From contig OY761556.1 in the NCBI GenBank assembly GCA_963664705.1, positions 4,608,001-4,672,000 on the forward strand: a stretch of 64,000 nucleotides of DNA, in the 5' to 3' direction. This document shows, one piece after another, positions 51,038 to 59,987 of the stretch. Numbering within the stretch: the stretch's first letter is position 1; each line of letters opens with the position of its first letter. Under the pieces are notes generated by a model, which worked only from the letters and a program-made list of their open reading frames with translations, was not told the origin of the DNA and did no database searches. Origin of the DNA: Acidobacteriota bacterium. Its GTDB lineage: Bacteria > Acidobacteriota > UBA6911. A program made the position numbers and the translations under genes.

Positions 51038-51187
51038 GTGCTATCTCCCGAACCCTCTCAGATTGTACCGTCCGACATCATAAGCATGTCCGCAAACTGC
51101 TTCATCAAAGGGCGCAATTCAAGTAGCCTCAAGTGTTGCTGCCGCCTGCAGCCTGTACGGTCATTATAGTTTCCTTATTCCGAATAT

Positions 51188-51205
51188 AATCCAATATTTT
51201 GGATT
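51188..51205. promoter_or_regulatory. Palindromic operator/enhancer candidate
   Basis: AATCCAA-TATT-TTGGATT, about 110 bp upstream of a sigma54 promoter. Confidence 0.5.
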
Positions 51206-51313
51206 GGCCAGGCGAATTTTCTACCTTATTTTCAAAATCTATCCCATCAACTACCCCAGGAAATTCTCGATAAACCCATACCTAATAAAGGATTACCTCC
51301 AATCCGACGCAAC

Positions 51314-51329
51314 TGGCATACTTTTTGCA
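51314..51329 (+). promoter_or_regulatory. sigma54 promoter
   Basis: TGGCATACTTTTTGCA = GG-N10-GC. Confidence 0.75.
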
Positions 51330-51362
51330 ATCTAATTTCATAAACACCCCTTCCGAAGGAAA

Positions 51363-54300
51363 ATGAATATGGTAGCCAAAGAAAGCATGAGAAACCCTTC
51401 CGGGGTTCTCTTCACAATACGAATGTGTGGCTGGGTATCGCTTCTTGCGATTGTGTGCGCAGCAGTCGCGCTCGGTCAGGGAGGGCCTACGGGAGCGATC
51501 ACAGGCACTGTCCAGGATTCGACCGGCGGAGTGATCCCGGGCGCATCCGTCAAAATTACCAGCCAGGAAACGGGAGTGATGGAAAGAACTCTTGTTACCG
51601 GCGACACCGGCAGCTTTACGGCAACGTTGCTTCCGGTTGGAAACTATAAAGTAGAGGTCACCATGCCCGGCTTTGCCACGGCCGTCGCATCCAACATCAA
51701 GGTTCGCGTCAGCGAAGTCTCGGGTATGACCGTGACGCTGCAAGTGGGAGAACTGAGTCAGAGCGTTGACGTTGTGGGAGCTCAAGCTGCTGTTCAGCTA
51801 TCGACACCGACCACCGGTCAAACCATTCAAAATGTCGGGACGCTCCCCCTGGCCACTCGAAATTTTCTCTCTTTGCTGGCGCTGTCCACCGGTGCCAGCG
51901 GGGAAATGGCTGACACCACTGCACTGGGACGGGGCGAAGTCGCCATTGAGGTCAACGGGCAGCGAGCCGGCAACAACAACGTCCAGCTTGATGGGATCAA
52001 CGTCAATGATGTGAACGTCCCGGTTTTTGATCAGATTCCACTCCCCAATCCGCAGACGGTCCAGGAATTCAACACGCAGACCTCTTTGTATGATGCGTCA
52101 CAGGGGCGCAACAGCGGAGGGAATGTGCAGGTAACCTTGAAATCCGGAACCGATCACTACCATGGCGATGTGTTTGAGTTCTTTCGCAACGACAAGCTGA
52201 ATGCAAACGACTTTTTCCTGAATCGCAATGGCCAGAACCGTCCGGTGCTCCGCCAGAATCAGTTTGGTTTCTCGCTGGGCGGACCGATTCCAATCGGGTC
52301 CAATTTCTTCTTTTTCGCGAATTACCAGGGGACGCGGGAAGCATCCGGGATTTCCGCCGGGACCACGATTGCGACGACAATCCCCGTGCTTCCGGCCAAC
52401 CGCTCGGCAGCAAATCTACAGTCGCTTTTCTTTCCAAGCGGTCTGCCGTCCGGCGCGAGCGGGCTGGATCCGGTGGCTTTAAGCTTCCTGAATCTGCCGG
52501 CCTCGAAATGTCCTGGTTTCAATGACGGCCAGTTTTGTATTCCATCGCTGGCGGGGACGCCCGGGCTGAGTTCCATGGGCACTATCAACAAGTCCAGCCT
52601 GCAGCTTTCCGGCCTCGGCACCTACGATGACAATCAGTACACCATTGCGATCGACAAGCAGATGGGCACAAAGGATCGCCTGACCGGGCGCTGGTTCAGC
52701 TCGGATTACACGAGCCTGCGCCCGTTTGGCACCGGTTCAAGTCTTGCATTCCCGAAAAGCTTTCCCAATTCCAACCGGTTTCTGAAGCTGGGATGGTCGC
52801 GGGAGTTCTCAGCAACCGTGGTGAATGATGTGCGATTCGGGTATAACCGGCACACATTTCTCGAAGACCCGACGGAGCCAATCCTGCTTAGTGATGTGGG
52901 AGCGGTGCGAGGCAATTCCTCGCAGTTCCCGGCAGCTTATCGCATTAACGTCCAGGGCGGCGGGTCCTTCTCACTTGGAACCGGCGTTAATGACAACCGA
53001 GGCGGCGCGATCAATACCTTTGAAGGTGCGGACGATTTCTCAATGGCCATGGGAAAGCACTCCCTCCGGGCAGGAGTGGTCACGGATCGCTATCAACTGA
53101 ACCGGTTCAATAATTTCTCGTCGCGCGGCAGCGTCACCTTTGGGGATTTTGGCGGCCTGACCGGATTCCAGAATTTCCTGCTGGGAAATGTCATTACGAC
53201 GCAAGGGGCTGCCGGGATTTTCAATAATGCATTTCGAGCCTTCGACGCCGCCGCCTATATCCAGGATGACTGGAAAGCGACGCGGAGGCTGACGTTAAAC
53301 CTTGGCATTCGATGGGAGGGCATGGATACGGCCCACGACATCAATAACGTGCTGTCCAATTTTGCGGGATTGAATGATGGCGAGGCCGGACTAATCCACA
53401 TTATCCATCCGCAAGACGCCGCCAATGTGGGCACTCCGGGAGTCTCCGGATGCACCCTGACAACATGCTTCAGTTGGCGCAACTTTGCCCCGCGCTTTGG
53501 TTTTGCCTGGGACATATTCGGCAACCATAAGACAGCCCTGCGCGGTGGGTATGGGATGTTCTATGATCGGGTTTCGAATCAGATCGCGCTTCAATCCACG
53601 GGCGGATTGCCGTTCCAGGAACTCCTTAGCGCAGCCCCGCTTTCAGTGACGACGCAAAACCCGTTTCCAAACGTTCTCCCGACCTCTGCCTTCCCGCTCC
53701 CAACGGACCAGGTGATTCCAAGTCTTGTTGCCTTTAACGGTTCGAATGGAGCGCCTATCTTTAATTCGTCGGATGGATCTCCAGCATCAGGCTTTTTCAC
53801 CTTTGCGGTACGCGATTTCAGACCGCCCTATGCCCAACAATGGAATCTGACGATTCAGCAGGAGATAGCCCATAACTGGGTTCTCGAACTGGGGTATGTG
53901 GGAACACGTGGTCTATTCCTGCCCGGACCCGGCAATGCGATGAATGCCGGACAGATATGCACAGCCGCGGCTCCTTGCGTTATTCCTGCCAACATCGGTG
54001 CCAATGTCATTGTTCCGAATGGTACGCCGGGAACGATCAAAAACGCCGACGGCAGCATTTCCATCACACAGAGCACAGCGGACAATATCGATGCTCGTGT
54101 TCCGTCGCTGTTCATGGGACTGGCGAACGGACGCGGTCAGTTCACTCAGAATGGGTCGAGTTCCATTTACAATTCCGCGCAGTTAAGCTTGAGCCACCGG
54201 TATAGCAACGGCCTCTATTTCCAGGGGGCGTACACCTTTTCGCGATCCATGGACAATGCCTCCGGTTCAACGCGCCAGGACGAAATCAACGGCAACACGC

Positions 54301-55019
54301 AATTCGGCAGCCTGCTGGATCTTCAAAGCAACCGCGGCCTGTCCGACTTTGACAGGACCCATCGATTGACGGTCAGCTATCAGTATGAGCTTCCTTTTGC
54401 CCGCTGGATGAATCTGCGAAACCAGGGACTGGGGAAGCTTTTCAACGGCTGGTCTATCCTCGGATTGACGACCTTCCAATCCGGAACGCCGTTTATGATC
54501 ATCGACTCCCGTGCCTTGACCCTTCAGGATACGGCCGGCGTTAACGCTCAGAACTTCGCTACGTTGGCGCCTGGGTACAATTTGAACGATGTGATTCCGT
54601 CGGGAAGCGTAAGGGATCGACTGGACAGCTTCATCAATTTGTCCGCTTTCCAGGTTGGCGGCAATTGTGTGAACTCGCAGAATGTTGTTGTCCCTGCCGG
54701 CGATCCGACGTGCACCGGCTTCGCCGCAGTCGGGGATGTTTCCCGCAACCGTTTCCGCGGGCCGTTCCAGCAGAATTGGGACATGTCTTTCATCAAGCAG
54801 ACCAAGGTGACTGAGAAGGTAAATGCGGAATTCCGGGCTGAGTTTTTCAACATCTTCAACCACCCGGCATTCCAGAGTCCGCAGGCAACCAACCTCACCG
54901 GATTCAATCCATTTCAACAGAACTATGGACTGGTGGATGTAGCCTCCGGCGACGCCTCCATTCTCGCAACAGTGAACCGGCCGCGCATCATCCAGTTCGC
55001 CATGAAGATCAATTTCTGA
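51363..55019 (+). CDS. Large Oar-like TonB-dependent receptor with carboxypeptidase-regulatory-like domain
   Basis: ITGTVQDSTGGVIPGA, QNQFG, YIQDDWK, APRFGFAWD, FRAEFFNIFNH, PRIIQFAMKINF. Confidence 0.92.
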   Translation: MNMVAKESMRNPSGVLFTIRMCGWVSLLAIVCAAVALGQGGPTGAITGTVQDSTGGVIPGASVKITSQETGVMERTLVTGDTGSFTATLLPVGNYKVEVTMPGFATAVASNIKVRVSEVSGMTVTLQVGELSQSVDVVGAQAAVQLSTPTTGQTIQNVGTLPLATRNFLSLLALSTGASGEMADTTALGRGEVAIEVNGQRAGNNNVQLDGINVNDVNVPVFDQIPLPNPQTVQEFNTQTSLYDASQGRNSGGNVQVTLKSGTDHYHGDVFEFFRNDKLNANDFFLNRNGQNRPVLRQNQFGFSLGGPIPIGSNFFFFANYQGTREASGISAGTTIATTIPVLPANRSAANLQSLFFPSGLPSGASGLDPVALSFLNLPASKCPGFNDGQFCIPSLAGTPGLSSMGTINKSSLQLSGLGTYDDNQYTIAIDKQMGTKDRLTGRWFSSDYTSLRPFGTGSSLAFPKSFPNSNRFLKLGWSREFSATVVNDVRFGYNRHTFLEDPTEPILLSDVGAVRGNSSQFPAAYRINVQGGGSFSLGTGVNDNRGGAINTFEGADDFSMAMGKHSLRAGVVTDRYQLNRFNNFSSRGSVTFGDFGGLTGFQNFLLGNVITTQGAAGIFNNAFRAFDAAAYIQDDWKATRRLTLNLGIRWEGMDTAHDINNVLSNFAGLNDGEAGLIHIIHPQDAANVGTPGVSGCTLTTCFSWRNFAPRFGFAWDIFGNHKTALRGGYGMFYDRVSNQIALQSTGGLPFQELLSAAPLSVTTQNPFPNVLPTSAFPLPTDQVIPSLVAFNGSNGAPIFNSSDGSPASGFFTFAVRDFRPPYAQQWNLTIQQEIAHNWVLELGYVGTRGLFLPGPGNAMNAGQICTAAAPCVIPANIGANVIVPNGTPGTIKNADGSISITQSTADNIDARVPSLFMGLANGRGQFTQNGSSSIYNSAQLSLSHRYSNGLYFQGAYTFSRSMDNASGSTRQDEINGNTQFGSLLDLQSNRGLSDFDRTHRLTVSYQYELPFARWMNLRNQGLGKLFNGWSILGLTTFQSGTPFMIIDSRALTLQDTAGVNAQNFATLAPGYNLNDVIPSGSVRDRLDSFINLSAFQVGGNCVNSQNVVVPAGDPTCTGFAAVGDVSRNRFRGPFQQNWDMSFIKQTKVTEKVNAEFRAEFFNIFNHPAFQSPQATNLTGFNPFQQNYGLVDVASGDASILATVNRPRIIQFAMKINF

Positions 55020-55039
55020 GGAGGAGATGCAGCGGGTTA

Positions 55040-55071
55040 ATCGGGAGGGGCCTGAAAAGGCTCCTCCCGAT
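55040..55071 (+). terminator. GC-rich hairpin after the receptor gene
   Basis: atcgggagg-ggcc...ggct-cctcccgat; no U-tract, so it may be a stabiliser rather than a terminator. Confidence 0.4.
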
Positions 55072-55100
55072 CCGCAACCTGCATTTCTGGAAAGGAGAAA

Positions 55101-55856
55101 ATGTTGTTCGAATCTCTAAACACTCCAAAGCCTCTGAGGAAAAGGATTCTCACACTTGTGATATCGATCATCCTTCACGGGATAGGTATTATCGCCGTCG
55201 TGATCATCCCGTTGATCTTTCATGACTCGCTTCCCCAATTCGCGCTGCTAACATTCCTGTCCCCGCCGATGTACTTTGCTCCACCGCCACCGCCTCCGCC
55301 GTCACCGCGCGTTGTGACCAGGCCCAGGGATATCAACACGACATACTCGGTTCCCAAGGAATTGCCGCGAACCATTCCGCCACCCGATACCGCGCCACCG
55401 CCTATAAACGCCCCTATATCCAATATGGACAGCATTGGCAGCGCTGCGGGATCGGTTGTTGGCGTGCCGGGAGGAATCCCTGGAGGGTTGGCAGAAAATC
55501 CTCTCCCTCCTCCGCCTCCGCCTCCAACCGTCAAACTGCCGCCGGAACCGCCTCCAAAGGCTGTCTCAAAACCGATCTACGTGGGCGGAGATATTCAGGA
55601 AGCAAAGCTGATTTACAAACAGCCGGTCGTCTATCCCGACCTTGCACTGAAGGCGCGGATTACCGGGATCGTACTACTGCGGATCACTGTTGATGAAGAA
55701 GGGAAGGTGGCGGATGTCAAAGTTATAAGCGGCCATCCGGTGCTGGTGCCGGCGGCCGTGGAAGCCGTAAGTCATTGGAAGTATTCGCCTACGATGCTGA
55801 ATGGTCAGGCGGTCCGCGTCATCGCAACGGTAGCGGTGAATTTTGCGCTGCGCTAG
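55101..55856 (+). CDS. tonB: Energy transducer TonB
   Basis: TM helix with SIILH, Pro-rich linker, YPDLA..G.V..G.V C-terminal domain. Confidence 0.92.
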   Translation: MLFESLNTPKPLRKRILTLVISIILHGIGIIAVVIIPLIFHDSLPQFALLTFLSPPMYFAPPPPPPPSPRVVTRPRDINTTYSVPKELPRTIPPPDTAPPPINAPISNMDSIGSAAGSVVGVPGGIPGGLAENPLPPPPPPPTVKLPPEPPPKAVSKPIYVGGDIQEAKLIYKQPVVYPDLALKARITGIVLLRITVDEEGKVADVKVISGHPVLVPAAVEAVSHWKYSPTMLNGQAVRVIATVAVNFALR

Positions 55857-55922
55857 ACGCCGCTCGTGAAATCCGTGGCTGACTGTTGTGTCGCAGACTC
55901 CACGAAGCCTGCCACTTGCTCA

Positions 55923-56264
55923 TCAGGCCACGAGACTGTTACTGTCTTTGATCTGGCGGCGCAATACATCGTGAATCAGATTACAGGCCTGCTTCACTTC
56001 CGGAATTGAGAGAGAACAGAAGACCCGCTTCCCTTCCCTGTGGGTATTGATCACGCCCGCGGACTTGAGTATCGCAAGGTGTTGCGAGATGTTTGGGACC
56101 GAAATCCCAAGCATTTGCTGCAACTCCGCCACTGACCAGTCCTGCTTCCCCAATTGATGCAGGATAAAAAGACGGATCGGATTTGCAAACGCTTTACAGA
56201 TCCTGGATTGTCTCTCGAAGATCTCCCAGTCGGGCTGTTCCTTTTTGGCTTTTTCCTTCTTCAT
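55923..56264 (-). CDS. ArsR/SmtB family transcriptional regulator
   Basis: KAFANPIRL, SVAEL, NISQHLAILKSAG, REGKRVF. Confidence 0.9.
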   Translation of the reverse strand: MKKEKAKKEQPDWEIFERQSRICKAFANPIRLFILHQLGKQDWSVAELQQMLGISVPNISQHLAILKSAGVINTHREGKRVFCSLSIPEVKQACNLIHDVLRRQIKDSNSLVA

Positions 56265-56502
56265 TGCTCAGTTGCTCCTGGAAGCCATAGATTACCACTC
56301 CTTGGCCGGTTCTGCATCGAAGATCCACATTATCTGAATGTGCTTCGCTCTTGCTCTCCTGAGCGCGGCCCAGGGCCGCAGCCATGACAAATACCATTAC
56401 TGCGAATAGAATTGGCCTTCCGTAACGCATGAAGGTAGCCGCTATTGTGAGTTCACCGCGTATACAATATTTCCGATCTGATGAGGCTGTTTTTATCATT
56501 AG

Positions 56503-56518
56503 TTGCGATAGTTCGCAA
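56503..56518. promoter_or_regulatory. Palindromic operator candidate (ArsR?)
   Basis: TTGCGA-TAGT-TCGCAA between the divergent arsR-family and cytochrome c genes. Confidence 0.4.
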
Positions 56519-56654
56519 GTAATATTTTTAACAAGTCAGATAGTTGCTATTAGTTTTGCATGGCGTCGGGAATTTATTTTGATCGTGGATATGGTATAAA
56601 ATCAGTCCGGGCTCCGATGGGGCCCGGACTATTGTTGATACGGGAGAAGATAAA

Positions 56655-56957
56655 ATGAAGAAGTTATGCATCCTCGCGGCCGTTGCTGTTTGTATTGCGA
56701 CCGCTGCCTTCGTGCTTTCTGCAGAAAATGGGGCAGCCCTCTACGACTCAAAATGCTCGATGTGTCATGGCGACAAGGGAGAGGGCAATCCCGGCGCGGG
56801 TCTGCCGGCAGTCAAGGGAACATCCTTTACCGCGGAAAAGCTGGTTGCCTACATTACGAAAGGGGACAAAAGTAAAACCATCCATGCAGAGCCGGTCGGC
56901 GATCTCAATGAAGACCAGGCGAAAACTCTTGCCGAATTCATAAAAAAGATGAAATAG
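56655..56957 (+). CDS. Monoheme class I cytochrome c (c553-like)
   Basis: Signal peptide, GAALY, CSMCHG heme motif. Confidence 0.88.
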   Translation: MKKLCILAAVAVCIATAAFVLSAENGAALYDSKCSMCHGDKGEGNPGAGLPAVKGTSFTAEKLVAYITKGDKSKTIHAEPVGDLNEDQAKTLAEFIKKMK

Positions 56958-57023
56958 ACCTGGACCTTACCTCGAAGCCTCAAGACCCGTGGCAACGGGA
57001 TTTTGAGCCTTCGAGGATGCCGG

Positions 57024-57725
57024 TCAATCGATCTTGCTGCGCAGTCTTCTGTAGTAGGATCCGGATTGATACAGAGCCGCCAGCGGGTTATGCCCCAGCA
57101 CTCTGTCCTTTACAGCCAACACCGTCAGCGGCACTTCGCAATATTTGATAAACAATGTATCGTGCCCGATGCAAAGTCCAAGCAGGATGGCCATATCCAC
57201 CCTGGCACGATTCAGAATCAGGGCCTGGGCAATAGGATTGCACATGCTCTCCCACTTATCCGGTCCCGCAATTTTCTCCTCGGCTCTGATGCCGATCTCT
57301 TCTTTCGGTACACAACCGGCCTTGCATTGAACGGAAAATACTTCAAAATCATTTTCTTCCAAAATGTCCGTCAAAACAGCTGCCTCTCTTGCCAACCCGC
57401 CGCAATGGGCGATCCCCAGCGTTTTATAGCTGCACTTTCTGGCAAACTGAATGAGCTCTTCGATGCGAGGCAGCTTTGCCCTGATACCATCCGAAAGTCG
57501 TTCAAAGCACTGAAACTCCTGAACGGATGCCAGCCGGGCAAATTCCTTAATTGCGGCTTTGTCGTATTCAACGGCAGCCTCGGCAAACACATCCGGCATC
57601 ACCTTCATGGGACAATAGGGCGGATACTGTTCGGGCAAGGGCGCTGCATCTTCCGCTGAAGCTCCCCGTTTTTCACATATTTTCACCGAACATCGCGCGC
57701 ATTGAAGGCTTCTTTTCTCTTCCAT
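57024..57725 (-). CDS. DUF1847-like Cys-rich metal-binding protein
   Basis: CARC, CPM, PRIEE, GIAHCGGL, CKAG, MCNPIAQA, GLCIGHD, KDRVLGHNP. Confidence 0.85.
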   Translation of the reverse strand: MEEKRSLQCARCSVKICEKRGASAEDAAPLPEQYPPYCPMKVMPDVFAEAAVEYDKAAIKEFARLASVQEFQCFERLSDGIRAKLPRIEELIQFARKCSYKTLGIAHCGGLAREAAVLTDILEENDFEVFSVQCKAGCVPKEEIGIRAEEKIAGPDKWESMCNPIAQALILNRARVDMAILLGLCIGHDTLFIKYCEVPLTVLAVKDRVLGHNPLAALYQSGSYYRRLRSKID

Positions 57726-57787
57726 CGGCTCATCCTATTCTGTGAAAAGCCTCAACGACCTCATTTGGCCGGGCCCGCGGCAAATAC

Positions 57788-58624
57788 TCAATCGAATTCG
57801 ACAATACTGCCAGCCTTGCAAAAAATAAATTCATCCCCAAATTGTTGAGACAAAAAGCTCATTGCTCTGAGATCCGTGCAATGGCATAAGCCCATCATCC
57901 GGACTCCAAACTCGCGCAAAGCAGCCACGGTTTGCAGGATTTGCTCCTGTTGAGCATCGAGGAGGTGCGATCCGCCGATTACCGCCAGTATCCGCGCTTC
58001 CCCGGTCAAACTCATCGCGTGCAACAAAGTATTCACCAACCCTCTGTGCGCACAACCTAAAAGCACTACTAAACCGCGGGCCGTTTTAACGATGAGTGCC
58101 TGGTCGTCCATTACCGGATCAGGTCGCAAACCGCCTTCATCTCTAACAAAAAGAGCGGAGTCTACCGCTTCGAATTCAGTAACCAGCGGGATCTCACCGG
58201 TTGTTACCATCGACCGGCTAATCTGAACTGGCCCTTTACTCGGAACAAACTCGGCACCCAGATTTTCCAGCTCCGCACGCGAAAATGGAATGCCTATATA
58301 CTTTCCCTGCTCCCCTTTCCGGAGTGAGAACTTGGCTTGCCATACATCGGGATGCGCAATTATCTCGATTTTCCTTCGCATCCGACGCAATACGTCATGC
58401 AATCCGCCCGTATGATCGAAATGGCCGTGACTGAGAACTATCTTGCTGACGCACCGCAGATCTATGCCGAGAGTATCGGCATTATACACACAGGAACTCC
58501 CTTTCCCCGCATCCAGAAGAACATTCCCTTCATCCGATTCAATGAGAATGCTCAGACCCCACTCCCCAATGTAATCTCCCATCGAGGCATTATTTTCGCT
58601 TAGCATTGTTACCCGTATTCCCAT
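57788..58624 (-). CDS. MBL-fold metallo-hydrolase (COG1237-like)
   Basis: SHGHFDHTGG, DDQAL, GCAHRG, GGSHL, CHCT. Confidence 0.88.
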   Translation of the reverse strand: MGIRVTMLSENNASMGDYIGEWGLSILIESDEGNVLLDAGKGSSCVYNADTLGIDLRCVSKIVLSHGHFDHTGGLHDVLRRMRRKIEIIAHPDVWQAKFSLRKGEQGKYIGIPFSRAELENLGAEFVPSKGPVQISRSMVTTGEIPLVTEFEAVDSALFVRDEGGLRPDPVMDDQALIVKTARGLVVLLGCAHRGLVNTLLHAMSLTGEARILAVIGGSHLLDAQQEQILQTVAALREFGVRMMGLCHCTDLRAMSFLSQQFGDEFIFCKAGSIVEFD

Positions 58625-58742
58625 ACCTCTCCCTGGGGCAGGACCGAAACATATCCATTATCTACAGCGACTTATTCCAATATAGGGCACTAAACTCTAT
58701 TTTCGCCCTAATTATCTGTACGGTTGATATCCTTAGGTTCGG

Positions 58743-59681
58743 TCAATCCGACCCTGCGACTGTCGGGTATCCCTTGCTGCGCCAGGCGTCCAGACCACCC
58801 TCCAGCGGACGGACGGGGTGAATCCCTTTACGCTTCAAAAGCAGCGCCACCCGTGCGCTCGTCGCCTCATTGGGTCACGTGCAGTAAAGAACCACCTCAC
58901 GATGGCGGGCAAACAGGGCACTTCCTTTTCCCACCTTCGATGCATCCATGCGAACGGCGCCGGGAATCATTTCCGGATCCTCATCGAAATCCAACGCGTC
59001 GCGCAAATCGATAATCACCGGGCGCTCGCCCTCGTCCAGTCGGCTCTTGAGCTCTTCCACGCTCATTCGGGCAACCCGCAACTTTTGCACGAATCTCCGG
59101 CGGGAGAAATATTTGTAGAAAATATACCCGGCCAATCCCAACCCTGCCAAAGCCACCAGTTTCCCGGCCAGAATCCCAACGACCTGGATAGCGCGCAGAA
59201 ACTCCTCGCTGAGCAGGTAGCCCATTCCGAGAAACACGCTGGACCAGATGAGAGTTCCGGTAATATCAAAAAGCAGGAAGCGCCGAAGCTTCATATTGAT
59301 CGCACCGGCCAGAGGCGAAGCCGCCGCGTTGAGTCCGGGAAAAAATTTTGATATCAGCAAGGACCGTGCGCCCTGCTTTAAATAGATCTCCGTTGTCCTG
59401 CGTACGCAGGAATCCGGCTCCAGCGAAATCCGGCACAAGAGCTTGAGGATCTTTTTCCCTTTTAGCCGTCCAAGGTAATACCAGATCAGATCGGCAGCGA
59501 CCGCGGCAAAAACGACGCTGGCGAATATCCTCGTCAAGTCCATCCGCCCTCTTCCCGCAAGAGCACCAGCCGACAGCAGCACAGGGATTGAGGGGATCGG
59601 GAAACCCAACTGTTCCGCAAATATCCATGCAACAATCAGACTGTAGCCATGATGAAAGAGAAAATCCGCAATAGAACTCAT
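58743..59681 (-). CDS. DedA/VTT-rhodanese fusion, probable selenoprotein (UGA at 58875-58877 read as Sec)
   Basis: DedA motifs EQLGFPIP and SKFFPG. The rhodanese domain continues in frame past the TGA: LYCT-U-PNEATSARVA...RPLEGGLDAW...GYP, with the next stop at 58743. Confidence 0.85.
58843..58860 (-). promoter_or_regulatory. SECIS-like hairpin
   Basis: AGCGC-ACGGGTG-GCGCT starts 16 nt after the UGA, with a G-rich apical loop. Confidence 0.5.
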
Positions 59682-59987
59682 CAAGACTGTATACCCCGCA
59701 GAACCGAATGATTCAAATTACATTTTCGTGATCCACCAGCGTGTGCATCGAATGCCCCTGGGGATGAACTAACACGGATGAACTCGACATCGTTCTGGCC
59801 CTGGCCAGGACAAGGAATTCCCTAAGAAACACCTAAGCCGGGCCGATATATCAAAGACAGTGCTTCCAGCACAAGCAACAGCAGGTTCTTTAGCAGCAGG
59901 CAGCTTGGATTCGGGGCATTGCATATCCTGCAGCGCATCATTGACGCTGTTCCGCAGGACATACATCCGAGATCTTGGAGAGGACTC

